Of a DNA stretch of 64,000 nt, positions 1 to 11,085 are shown piece after piece. The notes under the pieces are model-generated. The model was not told the origin of the DNA. It worked only from the letters and a program-made list of their open reading frames with translations, and did no database searches. Where the stretch lies: NCBI GenBank assembly GCA_963719315.1, contig CAVRBU010000003.1:400206-464205 (forward strand). The letters run 5' to 3'. The position numbers and the translations under genes were made by a program. Every line of letters begins with the position of its first letter. Positions within the stretch are counted from its first letter, which is position 1. The stretch comes from an uncultured Planctomycetota bacterium. Its GTDB lineage: Bacteria; Planctomycetota; Planctomycetia; Pirellulales; Lacipirellulaceae.

Positions 1-1
1 G

Positions 2-1159
2 CCTTGGGCAGCGCCGACCGCATCGGGCAACGCCAGTGGAATTATCGGCCAGTCACCGGCCGGCACCGATGACTTGGGGCGAGCCGTTCCACCGCTCAAC
101 ATGTACGCCTATCGAATTACCAATCCGGCGACCGACTCGCCCACGATCGAGAAGCGGAAGATCATGATTTCGACCGGGCTGCACGCCGGCGAGACGTTGG
201 GCAACTACACGTTCGAGGGCCTCGTCAACTGGCTGATTTCGGCTGACCCCCGCGCTGGCCGGTTGCGCGATGTGGCCGAAGTCCTTTGTTATCCGGAGCT
301 CAACCCGGCCGGCCGATTTGCGGGAAACAGCCGAAGCACGGTGAGCAATTCCACAATCGATCCCAACGGTTTGTGGGACCCGACGCGCTGGCAGAACAAC
401 AATAGTTCGAGCGTGAAATGTCCGGGAACGACGGCCTGCCAGGACATTCGCGTATCGGGGACGGCGATGTTGGCCGACGTTCAGTCCACGCCGGGTTTTC
501 TGGATGCGTTCATCGATTTTCATTCGACTGTTCCCGACTACACGATCGACCCCGCCTCGGACGAAGCCCATAACGTCTGGGGACGTCCGGACGACTTTGC
601 TTACATCAATCCAGAGGACGTCAACGCCGACTGGTTTTTGGCACTGCAGGCGCTGCAACCGAATTTGCTCCACTATCAATCGACCAGCGGCAGCTACACG
701 ACGACGGGTTACGCCCGACGCATTCTCGATCAGCGAGCGGCCGGCGTCACGCCGCGAGTAGTCGAGATGACGCTCGAAACCGCGTTCTCGTGGGAGCGAA
801 ACATCGACTACTATCACGACTTGGGCCAAAAAGTCGGAATCGCGTTTTACGAGGCTTGGGTGCCGCAAGTGGACGGCGATTTCACGGGCGACGGCATTGT
901 GGACGGGCGAGATTATGTTCTGTGGCGCGAATCGGTGGGCCAAACGGGCCCCGGACTGCAGGCCGACGGCAACCACGATAACATGGTCGATGTGAACGAC
1001 TACGATCTGTGGCGAGCGCATTTCGGCCAAACGTCAGGCAGCGGCGCGGGCCAAACCGCTCTTAAGGCCGTGCCAGAGCCCAGTTCCTTGCTCATTTCTT
1101 TGGCCATCGCGGCGATTCTCTCCCTCCGGCGGCTTGGCATGAAACGTGACAAAGCATGA
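2..1159 (+). CDS. M14-like zinc carboxypeptidase with dockerin-like repeats and PEP-CTERM anchor (5'-partial)
   Basis: Frame open from position 2. GLHAGE, NPAG and FIDFHS motifs; GDFTGDGIVDGRDYVLWR repeat; VPEP + hydrophobic + basic tail. Confidence 0.8.
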   Translation, partial: PWAAPTASGNASGIIGQSPAGTDDLGRAVPPLNMYAYRITNPATDSPTIEKRKIMISTGLHAGETLGNYTFEGLVNWLISADPRAGRLRDVAEVLCYPELNPAGRFAGNSRSTVSNSTIDPNGLWDPTRWQNNNSSSVKCPGTTACQDIRVSGTAMLADVQSTPGFLDAFIDFHSTVPDYTIDPASDEAHNVWGRPDDFAYINPEDVNADWFLALQALQPNLLHYQSTSGSYTTTGYARRILDQRAAGVTPRVVEMTLETAFSWERNIDYYHDLGQKVGIAFYEAWVPQVDGDFTGDGIVDGRDYVLWRESVGQTGPGLQADGNHDNMVDVNDYDLWRAHFGQTSGSGAGQTALKAVPEPSSLLISLAIAAILSLRRLGMKRDKA

Positions 1160-2858
1160 TGGTCCGTTACTAGCGACTTGGTGCGCCTGGGCGATGTTCG
1201 CCGCGCCTTTTGCGGCTGCCGCTACCAACGAGATTACCGAGCCATTCGAGGGCGTGCGGTTGATTCACAGCACATCCACCGTGCCGCGACTGGTGGATAT
1301 GTATGTGGTCGAGATCGATCTGTCCGCGCCCGGATTGGCTTTTCTGACGAGTCCATCGAACGGGTCGCTGGTCGGCGATGTTACGCCGCAAACGACGCGG
1401 GCTTTTGTCCAGCAAGTTGGCGCCCAGATTGGCGTGAATGCGTCGTTCTTCGCCTCGGCTGGCAGCGGGCAGTTCAACGCGCTGGGATTGTCGGTTTCGA
1501 ACGGTGACGCCTACTCGCAATTCGAGCCTGGGTTCGTCGATGCGCTGAATGTTTCGCTCAGTAACGTGGCGACAATTATTCGCGCAACGAGCACTTCGGG
1601 AACCGCGCATCAACCTGCGTCCTCTCTCTACAACGCGGTCGGCGGAAATACGCGGCTGGTTACCAACGGCGCAAACGTCGCCAACGGCGATCCGGCAATT
1701 CACCCGCGCACCGCCGCCGGTGTCACGGCGAATGGAAAACTGTTGCTGTTCAATGTGGACGGGCGCAACCCCGACCACAGCAACGGCTTGACCTATGGCG
1801 AGATGGCCGACGTTCTCATACGGTGGGGCGCCCGCGATGCCATCAATCTCGATGGCGGTGGATCGACCACGTTGGTGATCGACAATCCCCGGACGGCGGC
1901 GAATGACCCGCAAGTTACAAACATTCCGAGCGATTTGCTCCCGAACGGCCAGCACGGGTTGGAACGGGCCGTAGCCAATAGTTTCGCGGTCTTTGCGCGA
2001 GAGCCTGCTGGGCCGACGGAAAACGAGTTCGTTTACGCAGATTTTGAAAATGGCGACGCGAGCACCTTCAACGCCGCACTTTCCTATTCGGGGTCGAACC
2101 GCGGCTTCAATCGCGATTTGTCCACGGCCACGGTCGTAAGCGGACAAGGGCACGACGGCTCGTGGTCGCAACGTTTGACGATCATCGACGATCCGAGTTC
2201 CGATGGCGACGTCAACAATCCGGGCGGCGCCTGGTTTGTGCGGCACGTTTCGGGAGTCGGCGCTCCGGCCAACAACGTGAGCCGCCCGGCGGTAGGTTCC
2301 GTGGGATTCTGGGCCAGAACAACGGATCCCGATTTGCGTGTTTCGATCGTCGTGGATGACCCGAGTCTCGCTACCGGTGAGCGCGGGATCGCGCAGTGCA
2401 TGCTCGCCGACGGTCAGTGGCATCCGTACTTTTGGAAAGTCGACGACGAGAATCAATGGGAAGGGTGGGTGAGCGGAGATGGCAAGGTCGACGCGAGCTT
2501 TACGCTCGACTCGATTCAAGTATTCGGTCCCCCGCTTGGAGGAGCGAACCTCAACGCGACAATCGATATCGATGCCGTGACACACATCATGCCCGGTTAT
2601 TTGCCGGGCGATTTCAACGGCGACTTTGTTGTCGATGGTTCGGATTATGTGGTATGGCGAAAAGGACTGGGCACGACTTTTACGCAAAGTGATTACGACG
2701 TTTGGCGCTCGCACGTCGGTCAGCGAGCAGAGGTTGGATTGGGCTCCGCGACGGCATTTACCCACGGCGATTCCGTGCCGGAGCCGGCCGCGGTTTTGCT
2801 GCTACTCGTGGGCGCGGGCGTCGCGTCGATGCGTTCGGGCCGCCTTCGCGCGCGGTAA
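1146..2858 (+). CDS. Phosphodiester glycosidase (NAGPA/DUF2233-like) protein with PEP-CTERM
   Basis: GVNASFF, HPRTAAG, VDGR, AINLDGGGST and ERAVAN motifs; signal peptide; VPEPAA tail. Confidence 0.85.
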   Translation: MTKHDGPLLATWCAWAMFAAPFAAAATNEITEPFEGVRLIHSTSTVPRLVDMYVVEIDLSAPGLAFLTSPSNGSLVGDVTPQTTRAFVQQVGAQIGVNASFFASAGSGQFNALGLSVSNGDAYSQFEPGFVDALNVSLSNVATIIRATSTSGTAHQPASSLYNAVGGNTRLVTNGANVANGDPAIHPRTAAGVTANGKLLLFNVDGRNPDHSNGLTYGEMADVLIRWGARDAINLDGGGSTTLVIDNPRTAANDPQVTNIPSDLLPNGQHGLERAVANSFAVFAREPAGPTENEFVYADFENGDASTFNAALSYSGSNRGFNRDLSTATVVSGQGHDGSWSQRLTIIDDPSSDGDVNNPGGAWFVRHVSGVGAPANNVSRPAVGSVGFWARTTDPDLRVSIVVDDPSLATGERGIAQCMLADGQWHPYFWKVDDENQWEGWVSGDGKVDASFTLDSIQVFGPPLGGANLNATIDIDAVTHIMPGYLPGDFNGDFVVDGSDYVVWRKGLGTTFTQSDYDVWRSHVGQRAEVGLGSATAFTHGDSVPEPAAVLLLLVGAGVASMRSGRLRAR

Positions 2859-3019
2859 TCGCGGATTTCCTGATTCAACTATTTCTGTAGTCCTTCGGCG
2901 CTTACGAGTTGAAATAGTTTCCTTTTTGGCGATTTCTTGGTTGCCATCGCGGCCGCGGAAGGCGTATGCTATCGGTTACTTGAGGAAATGCCGCCGGCAA
3001 GATTCATTGGGGGTGACAC

Positions 3020-5685
3020 ATGACTCGCTGTGCATGCCTTTTCGCTGCGCTAATCGCACTCGCTGCCTCGCCAGCCGCCGCTCAAACGTTCATCGGCAGC
3101 AATTTCACGGGCAGCACATTTGGGATCGACAGCAATTTTCGCACGCCGGATACGATGGGGGCGTCCGGCGTCGATTACTTCGTCGAGTTGATCAACGGGC
3201 GCTATAGCGTTTATCGCAAAAGCGACGGTGTGCGGGTGCAGACCAGTACGCTGAACGCGTTTTGGAACAACGCGGGGCAACCGCCGTCCGGAATCAACGG
3301 CGCTTTCGATCCGCGGGTGTTGTACGACCCGCACGCGAGGCGTTGGTATGCAGTGGCGGCGGACAACGGAGGCGGCGCCAACAACTATTTGTTTGCCGTT
3401 TCCAGCTCGTCCGATCCGACACAGCCTTGGACCGCGTTCAAAATCGATTCCGATACCGACGACAGCAACTGGGCCGATTTTCCGATGATCGGCTACAATC
3501 CAGAGGCCGTAATTCTCTCGGCCAATATGTCGCCGCTCACGGCGCTTTCTACAAGGATGTCATTTGTCGTGATCCCAAAGTCGAGCCTGTTGCAGCCGGT
3601 GCCAACCACGACAGGCATGACATTGCTGGAAGACGTGCCGCCGCCGGCGTTCACCAACGCCTTGACGCCGCAGCTAGCCGTCGATGCGAGCAACTTAATC
3701 GGCATCAACACAGAATTGCCGGTTTTGATGCACGATTTCGGCGCGGGAACCGTGTATCGCGCGGAAATCGTTTCGCCCGGCGCACCGTCGGTTGTGAACG
3801 TCGGCACGGTTGGTGTGCCGGCTGCCGGGAACCCGCCAACCGTCGATCAACCGGGGCCCAAGCAAAACATCGAAGCCAACGACGGCCGGGTCAGCGCGAC
3901 CACGGTGATGAGTAACGGTCAGATCTACGCCGTGCAGTGCATCGACAATGGAGGGCTGGCGTCGGTGCGATATATGCGGATCGATGAGGCGACGAATGCC
4001 GTTTTGGAAAGTCAGACCATTGTTGACCCGGCCGGTCGGGCGCTAACGTTTCCTTCGATCGCCGTCAACGAGTTCGGCGACGTGGTGATCGGCGTCACTG
4101 GGACGAGCACCACGGAGTTCGCCAGCAGCTATGCGATGGTCGGCAACTCCTCCAGCGGCATTACGAACTTCGCTCCGCCGATACTGCTGAAGGCGGGCGT
4201 CTCCGACTATGAAGTATTGGACTCGCAGAACCGCAACCGTTGGGGTGATTACAGTTCGACCACCGTCGACCCGGCCGATCCTGGCATCTTTTGGACGAGC
4301 CAGGAGTATGTTAGTTCGACGGACCATTGGTCGACCCAGGTGACCGAATTGATCGTGTTGCAACCGAACGAAGCGCGTTGGACGGATGCCGGCGGCGGCA
4401 CGTTTGACGACCCGACGAAGTGGCAGACGGCAAGCGGCGGTCTGCCGCTCTCCAGCGACCAGCTCATCTTTAGCCGCGCGACGGATCTTAGCGGGGTGTC
4501 GACGACGATCGTTTTCCCGCCTCAACCGCCCGGTGTGTATGCCTATCAAGCGCTGAGTGCTCGCCAGGGCGATGTTCGGCTCGACCTGGCCGGAAGTCAG
4601 TTGGACCTGGCGTTGCATGTGGAAGTGGGCCCCTATAACGGGCAGCCGCTGCTCACGATCGCAAACGGCACGGTGAATTCGGTGGTTGGCGTCGTAGCAC
4701 CGCGGCCAACGTCGGAAGCGTACCTGGTACTGGATAATACGCACTGGACGGTCAACAGCGTGACGGTCGGCAGCGCACGGCGCCGTCGGCTTGCTGTGGC
4801 CTGCCCGGCGCTACGGGTGGTGTCGGCACGCTGACGATTGATAACAATTCGCGGGTCGATGTCGCCGGAACACTCACGATCTGGGGGCATGCCACGGTCA
4901 ACCTGGTCGATGGCGTGCTCTCGGCCGATACCATTCTGGAACTCGCGCCGCCGCTGCACGGTGGCGGAGGTTTCGGCTTGAATTTTACGGGCGGCACGCT
5001 TGATGTGCACAAATTCGATGGAGTGCTGATCAACTCTGGCGGCACGCTCGCCCCCGGCGGCAATGGCTCGATCGGAAGCACCAACGTCAACTTCGGCTAC
5101 TCGCAGCTCGCCGGCTCGGTGCTGGACATCGATATCGGCGGCACGGCGAGCGGCCAGTTCGATCAACTGACCGTGGGCGGCGGCGCCGATTTTGATGGTG
5201 CGCTCGACATCGCCTTGTTCGGCGGTTTCACGCCGAGCTTGAGCGACACGTTTCCCATCGTGCAGGCCGGCAATATCCCGCTCACCAGTTTGGCCAATCT
5301 GCTGACTCATAGCACATTCACCAACATCACCAACAAGCTCATTTGGCATTTGTTCTATGACCCGACCGCGCTGACGTTGGCCGTGGTGCCGGCGCTGACC
5401 GGTGACTTCAACGGCAACGGCATTGTCGACGCGGCCGACTACGTAGTGTGGCGCAACTCGCAAGGACAAACGGGCATTGGCCTTGCCGCGGATAGCAACT
5501 TTGATGAGCAGGTCAATTTCGTCGACTATCTCATGTGGCGGCTCCACTTCGGCCAGGCCGTGCCGGGCAGCGGCGCGGGCGCCGGTGAACAGGCTGCAGT
5601 GCCGGAACCGGGGTCGCTCGCGCTGGTGGTCTTGGCAATCGTCGCGCTGCTTGCCGCGCCACACCGCAAAGGCGGTTCGCGCTGA
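3020..5685 (+). CDS. Large secreted PEP-CTERM protein, split by a 1-nt frameshift near 4777
   Basis: ORFs 3020-4834 and 4915-5685 join if one base is added in gcacggcgccg. PDTMGASG, FDPRVLYD and RWGDYS motifs; autotransporter-like passenger segment; VPEPGS tail. Confidence 0.75.
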
Positions 5686-5822
5686 CACGGATGCAATCGT
5701 CTGCCGTGGAATTGCGAGTGCTTCCTGGTGTTGCTCGTTACCCGCGATCGTGATGTGACTCGGGCGGTTTGCAAAACGGGGAGGTGCGCGGTGGAAAGGA
5801 ATTGGGGGTTGACGGACGGTGA

Positions 5823-6041
5823 TTAGCCGACGGCCCTGGCGTGCGCAATTTCGCGCGGCTCGATGGGCCGCAATTGGTCGTGGCGCAACGAAACGACAGC
5901 CAGCGTCTCTCCTTCGAGAGTGACAAATTCCACTTCGCAGCCCTCGCGGTCGTGAACCAGCACAATCGTGCCAACGTCTCCAGCACTCAACCCGTACTCG
6001 GGCAAGTCCGTCGTCAACACAGCCGATTGCAGTTCTTTCAT
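5823..6041 (-). CDS. DUF4926-family protein
   Basis: DLPEYGLSAGDVGTIV...EVEF pattern. Confidence 0.8.
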   Translation of the reverse strand: MKELQSAVLTTDLPEYGLSAGDVGTIVLVHDREGCEVEFVTLEGETLAVVSLRHDQLRPIEPREIAHARAVG

Positions 6042-6071
6042 CGCTTTTGAAGATGTTGAGGTGTTCGTATT

Positions 6072-6272
6072 CTAGGGTTCGTCGGCAGACGCCTGTCGTT
6101 CGATTTCGTCGATCGTGGTTTGATCGACCCAGGCGTGCCGTTGCCGGGCATAATCTCCGTTGCCCGTCTCAAACTGCTGCAAGAAGCGGGTCATATCGGC
6201 CCGTCCAAGCCGTTCACGCAAGGCTTGTAGTCCCTCTTGTCGGACTTCATCCAGGGTTCGCTACGTCTTCAT
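6072..6272 (-). pseudogene. Small antitoxin-like protein with premature TAG at codon 4
   Basis: Translates MKT*RTLDEVRQEGLQALRERLGRADMTRFLQQFETGNGDYARQRH, resembling small proteins usually paired with PIN toxins. Not in the ORF track. Confidence 0.6.
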
Positions 6273-6298
6273 GCGATTGGCCGAAAAATGGACCGCGA

Positions 6299-6529
6299 CT
6301 AAGATGTTCTCACTGGCGCGGTATGGAGGACAATCAATTCGTCGCCCGCCAAGGGCAGCATCGCATACGTTTTCCCTTCATCATCCGAAAACTCGACTTC
6401 AAACATGCCGGGCGATAAGACCTCGACTATTGTGCCAACCTGACCGCGCACTAAACCATCGTTTGGTCGATCATGGACCAACGCAACCACGTCGAGAAGC
6501 TGGATCGGCGCGTTCATTTCGATTCCCAT
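6299..6529 (-). CDS. DUF4926-family protein (second copy)
   Basis: LLDVVAL...GLVRGQVGTIVEVL...FEVEFSD; TAATG overlap with the upstream gene. Confidence 0.8.
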   Translation of the reverse strand: MGIEMNAPIQLLDVVALVHDRPNDGLVRGQVGTIVEVLSPGMFEVEFSDDEGKTYAMLPLAGDELIVLHTAPVRTS

Positions 6530-6861
6530 TACACCACGTAAGCGCTCACAAACCTCGGAAAATCCTCGCTCGTCCGTACGATCCACGCCGTGCGCACTTG
6601 CGCTTGGCCCGTCGGTCCTGATAATAGACATTCTATCACGTAACGCTGGCCGTGCACATTCGGCGGCACCTGAAGAGCCTCGTCGTTGGCGGCCGCGTCG
6701 AAAAGCTGTTCGCGCATCAATTCCGCGTTTTCAGCAGTGAACCCACACGAGGCACGGAACACGCGGGCTTTGTGCTTTCCGCGGGGATGGTCCGGGTTGA
6801 GGCAGTAGTCGGTGAGCTTTTCCAGATCGATCACCGCTTGCTGGCCGTTAGGGAGTTTCAT
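6529..6861 (-). CDS. DUF6883-family protein (putative toxin partner of DUF4926)
   Basis: MKLPN...KLTDYCLNPDHPRGKHKARVF...PRFVSAYV. Confidence 0.8.
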   Translation of the reverse strand: MKLPNGQQAVIDLEKLTDYCLNPDHPRGKHKARVFRASCGFTAENAELMREQLFDAAANDEALQVPPNVHGQRYVIECLLSGPTGQAQVRTAWIVRTSEDFPRFVSAYVV

Positions 6862-6990
6862 TTCGTCGCCGCCTCCACTAAGGCGATTTCGGCGTCGGTG
6901 AGGTTGTAGAGTTGGTAGACGAGTCGGCCGATCTCGGCGTCGGAGTGCTCGATTTGGCGCTGGAGGGCGGTTCGCTCGTGGTCGGTGCGG
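6858..6990 (-). pseudogene. Orphan duplicate of the RM gene 3' end
   Basis: Encodes RTDHERTALQRQIEHSDAEIGRLVYQLYNLTDAEIALVEAATK*; 6955-6986 is identical to 7971-8002. Confidence 0.9.
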
Positions 6991-7046
6991 CTTTACCTCT
7001 ATACACACGGTAGCGCCAAGAGTGTACCTACGTCGCCGCTGGATAT

Positions 7047-7874
7047 TCAAGAAGTCAGCGGCCGTTTTAGGCTCTCAAGTTCCGCTGCTTCTCGTTGTGT
7101 ATTCTCTCGGGCTTCACGCTCAAAATTCTCGACCTTCAGCCGTAGGAAAGCTTCCGGATTTCGTTCGCAATGGTAATGGTGATGTCGCATTTTGAGTTCT
7201 TCTTCCGCCGTCTGTTTTTCATGCTCGCTCGGTTTGATGTAACCAAGTAGCTTCAAAGCGCCATGAATGGCCTTGCCTATGCCATAAGCAACAATGATAA
7301 AACCAAGGGCCGGACTTGCAAAACCCAGGAATGCTACCAAAGTTGGCACGGCAACGCCCCACGCGGCAATTACAAGTATTCCGAGTCGAATGGTCTTGGC
7401 GCGTTGAACGGCCTTGATGCGCCGTTCTTCCTTGGTACTACACGGAACGTTATCATAGATGTTCACTAATTGCGGTTCGCGGAGCGGCCCTAAGGAGAAC
7501 TCCTCATTCTTCAGCGTTTTCCAGTGTCGGACCAATTTGCCATCTTCGACGAGTCCGATCAAATGGTCGCATGTTCGCACTCCCTCGAGAGGGATAACGC
7601 TCTCAGCATCATCGAATGCAGTAACCATTAAAGGGACGGGATATCGTTGAATCCATGTGTTGCATTCGTTCTCCATGATTTCCGCAATCTCGGATGATCC
7701 CAGATGCTCAAGAATGACCACACTAAGTGATGCAAAATACCCGCCGGGCCATGTTGGCACGTACTCGACAAAATACTTGCCGCGATGTTCCTTAATGGTC
7801 TTAAAGATGAGTCCTTTCTCATGTGCTTTCGATGCTCGTAAATCACGGTCGGACGCATTCGCTTCGCCGCTCAT
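7047..7874 (-). CDS. Hypothetical membrane protein (AT-richer cargo)
   Basis: 275-aa ORF with two hydrophobic segments and a charged helical C-terminus; ATGA overlap with the RM stop. Confidence 0.75.
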   Translation of the reverse strand: MSGEANASDRDLRASKAHEKGLIFKTIKEHRGKYFVEYVPTWPGGYFASLSVVILEHLGSSEIAEIMENECNTWIQRYPVPLMVTAFDDAESVIPLEGVRTCDHLIGLVEDGKLVRHWKTLKNEEFSLGPLREPQLVNIYDNVPCSTKEERRIKAVQRAKTIRLGILVIAAWGVAVPTLVAFLGFASPALGFIIVAYGIGKAIHGALKLLGYIKPSEHEKQTAEEELKMRHHHYHCERNPEAFLRLKVENFEREARENTQREAAELESLKRPLTS

Positions 7875-10854
7875 CGTGTTGTCCCCTTCTGCACTAATGC
7901 AATTTCTTCGCCTGTCAGGCCGTACAGCTCATACACCAGCCGGTCGATTTCCGCGTCGGTGTGTTCGATCTGGCGCTGGAGGGCGGTTCGCTCGTGGTCG
8001 GTCCGGGCTGTCGACCGTCGTTTGGCGAGCTCAATGGCGTGGCTGCCATGCTCGTGGAGTGATGTGTCATCAATCGTCGCCGGATCGACGGGCAGCTTGT
8101 TAATATATTGATTGAACAAGCGGTATGCCCCGCCACGGTTTGCGGGGCAGTGGCGTGTTATCCAAAACCAAGCGAGCTTGGAATTCAAATAGGCGAGCAA
8201 CGCTACATTACTTGTGGGGATACAGAATGCGGTATTGCTTGGATAGGATCCATCGACATTCAGCGCGAACTTAGGACGTGAGGCCAAGTCGGGGTACATT
8301 ATTTTCGGTCGTTCGAAAATGTCGGTGTGCGCCACCTGTCGTATCACCCACCAGTCGTAATCTCCACGGCGTACCTCATAGCGATCGCGAAGTTTCTTCT
8401 GATGTTGCAATAGATATCGTTTCACCGAGGGAAACTCGTCGATGTCGATTGCTTCGCGAGTGCAAACTAAGAATTGGCCGTTCGTTTCTGTAAGCCATCT
8501 GGTAATGTCGCGTCCTCGCGTAAACGGCCGAAGTATTTCGCGTGCGCGCTCGTTTTGCCGGACCATTTCTGCGGCACTTCTCTGGTCGATCACAAATACT
8601 TCGTTGAGACTCGTCTTTACTCCTAGCTGTGCCTCGCCAGCCATAGCGGCAAGTTGTGGATGCGCGGCTAGCCTTTCGAGGAGTAACTGTTGCGTCTTTG
8701 GGACAAGCAGCCATTGTGGAGACGAAAGTGCTGAAACGGGTACTGAGTAAGCATTGCGTTGGACGTCACGGGGCAACAGTCCAGTCGAAGGCGTTGCGCG
8801 AGAATACATCAACGAATCGCGCTTCGTGACTGCGTTTTTTTTCGCTATTAAAATTACGGGGTACGTCGTTGCTCCATGAAACAATTGCATGTCGCCGTAG
8901 TCAATGATGCTTTGAAACACAAAGTTAGAAAGGTACTTCCGGGCAGCAACTCCATAACCTGCGTGTACGAATTTGCCAGAACAAATTACACCCAACATTC
9001 CGGATTGACGAAGCAAATAAAGGCCGCGTTCAAGGAAGTACACATACAAGTCAGCTAAACCATGAAACGATTCATATTTGGAACTGAAGTATTGTTTGAA
9101 TGCCGAAACACCCTCTTGTCGAACGTATGGCGGATTTCCAATCACCGTCTCGAACCCAGGGTTGTCGCCAGCGAAGATATCCCGAAAGCCGAATTTACCT
9201 TTCCAATCGAAGGCGTTGATACGCAGCATTTCATCTTCGTCGAACAAGTCGCGTTGTTTGCCTTCGTAAAAGTCGGGGCCGATTAGGCTGTTGCCGCATT
9301 TGATGTTGCCATTTAGGTCGGGCAGCACCGTTCTTTGTGAAACGCTTCGAGCTGGCGGAGCGTGGCCTGGGTTTCGCCTTCGAGGACTTTTAACAGCAGC
9401 GAGAGCTTCGTGACCTCGACGGCTTGCGAATCGATATCCACGCCGTAGATGTGGGAGAGCAGGATTCGCTTGCGCTCGGCGGTGGTGAGCCGCCAATCGC
9501 CGGTGGCGGATTGGTAGATGCGCGGGTTCGCGCCGCGATGGTGCGGTTTCGGGTCGTCGGCCGTGTATTGCTTGAGATACCAGTCGAGCAGAAATTGATA
9601 GGCGACGATCAGAAACGAACCGCTGCCGCAGGCCGGGTCGAGCACGGTTAACGGCCGAGAATTCTTAGCAGGCTTGTAGGTGGTGGTGAGTCCGCCGACT
9701 TCTTGGGGCGTTTTGCCTTCGACCAGTTTGCCGACGCCCGCCTTGCGGACTTCCGGCTTCTCTTCGATTTTGGCCCGGTGGCCGGCGGTGAGGCGAATTA
9801 CTTTGCCCAGGAACTGCTCGTAGACCTGGCCGAGGATATCGGCCGGCAGGGCCGCGAACTCGTAGGGGCTGTCTGGATAATAGAGCCGCCGCAAGATCTC
9901 TTTCAAGACTTTGTCGTCGACGATGAGGCTTGGCGTAAGCTCATCGGGCTCCTGGCGATCTTTTTCCTTCTGGAAGTGGAACAGGCCGGAGTTAAATTTT
10001 TCGTCGGCGCGGTGAAAGATTTCGACGAGGCGGGGATAGACGCGGTCGCCGTTGAGCAGCGATTGCAGCCGGCCGTAAGGCTCGATGTCGCGGCCTTCGC
10101 ACATGCGGAGGAAGATGATGCGGTCGATGATGAGCTGCACGGCGGCGTTCAGCTCGCGATCGGTGATCGATTCGTTCCGCAAGCTGAGATTTTTTGCCAG
10201 CGATTCGCGCCAGGATTCGATTTCTTCCAAAAAGGCTTCGTCGACTTCGGCAGTGCCGCGTTTTTTCTTGGTCGAGCCGGCGAAGTCGTCGAACCGGCCT
10301 TTAAGGACCGCTTCACGAGAGAAGATGCCGGCGACTTCGCCCCAGCGGTCGATGTAGTCGGTGTAGCTAAGGAGCATGACGCGAGCGGTGGCGGCGCTGT
10401 CGTCTTTGTCTGGCTTGATGCGACAATCGTAGACGGCGAATTCCTCGAAGTCGGTGAGGATCGAGAGGGGCAGCTTGGCCGTCCAGGCGTAGCGCCGCAG
10501 TTGGAATGCGGGGCCCACGTCGCTTTTGATATCGACGGCCGGCTTCTTGGCCTCGACGAAGAATTTCGGCACCGGGCCGATGCGGATGCAGTAGTCGGGC
10601 GCTTTGACAGTCTTCTCGACGCGCAGGCCTTGTTCCAGGATTACGTCGCGGTAGTTTTCGTGGATCCCGGCGCGGTTGTAGATGTCCCAGCCGAGTGCGA
10701 TCAGGAAGGGATCGAGAAAATCTTGCCGAAGTTGCGTTTCGTTGTAATTGCCGCGGTGATAGGTATCGCGATGCTCGGCGAATTTTTCGACCAGATCGCG
10801 AATTTCGCGTGGGGCAGTGGTGGAAGCTGGCTTCGAGTCGGACTTTTTGGCCAT
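7871..10854 (-). CDS. Type IIG (Eco57I-like) restriction-modification enzyme; frameshift near 9329, motif X apparently deleted
   Basis: PD..EAKK nuclease (KAPDY...FVEAKKP), LDPACGSGSFL, GVDID, IGNPPY, TaqI-C-like TRD and LVYELYGLT.EEI tail; adding one G restores KERVLPDL. Confidence 0.9.
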
Positions 10855-11085
10855 GGCATAGGTGAGGGACGACAGGTTCGTTGGCGGCTGCGATTTGCGC
10901 TCTCCTCGCCACGGCGAGTCTATGACCGGCGGGAGAGGGAGCATTGGTTCGCGGCCAGTTTAGCGAACGTCGCAGACGAATGCCAGGATTGGCGCGGGAG
11001 CTTGCGGCGCACCGACAAGCGGCCGGGCAGAGTTGATGATCGTGGCGGTGCACAATCGGCCGACAATCGGCGCCGCGCGACTTTG

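Noticed and set aside
5823..7874. Integron cassette array
   Set aside because: No attC-like RYYYAAC...GTTRRRY palindromes seen between the genes, and no integrase.
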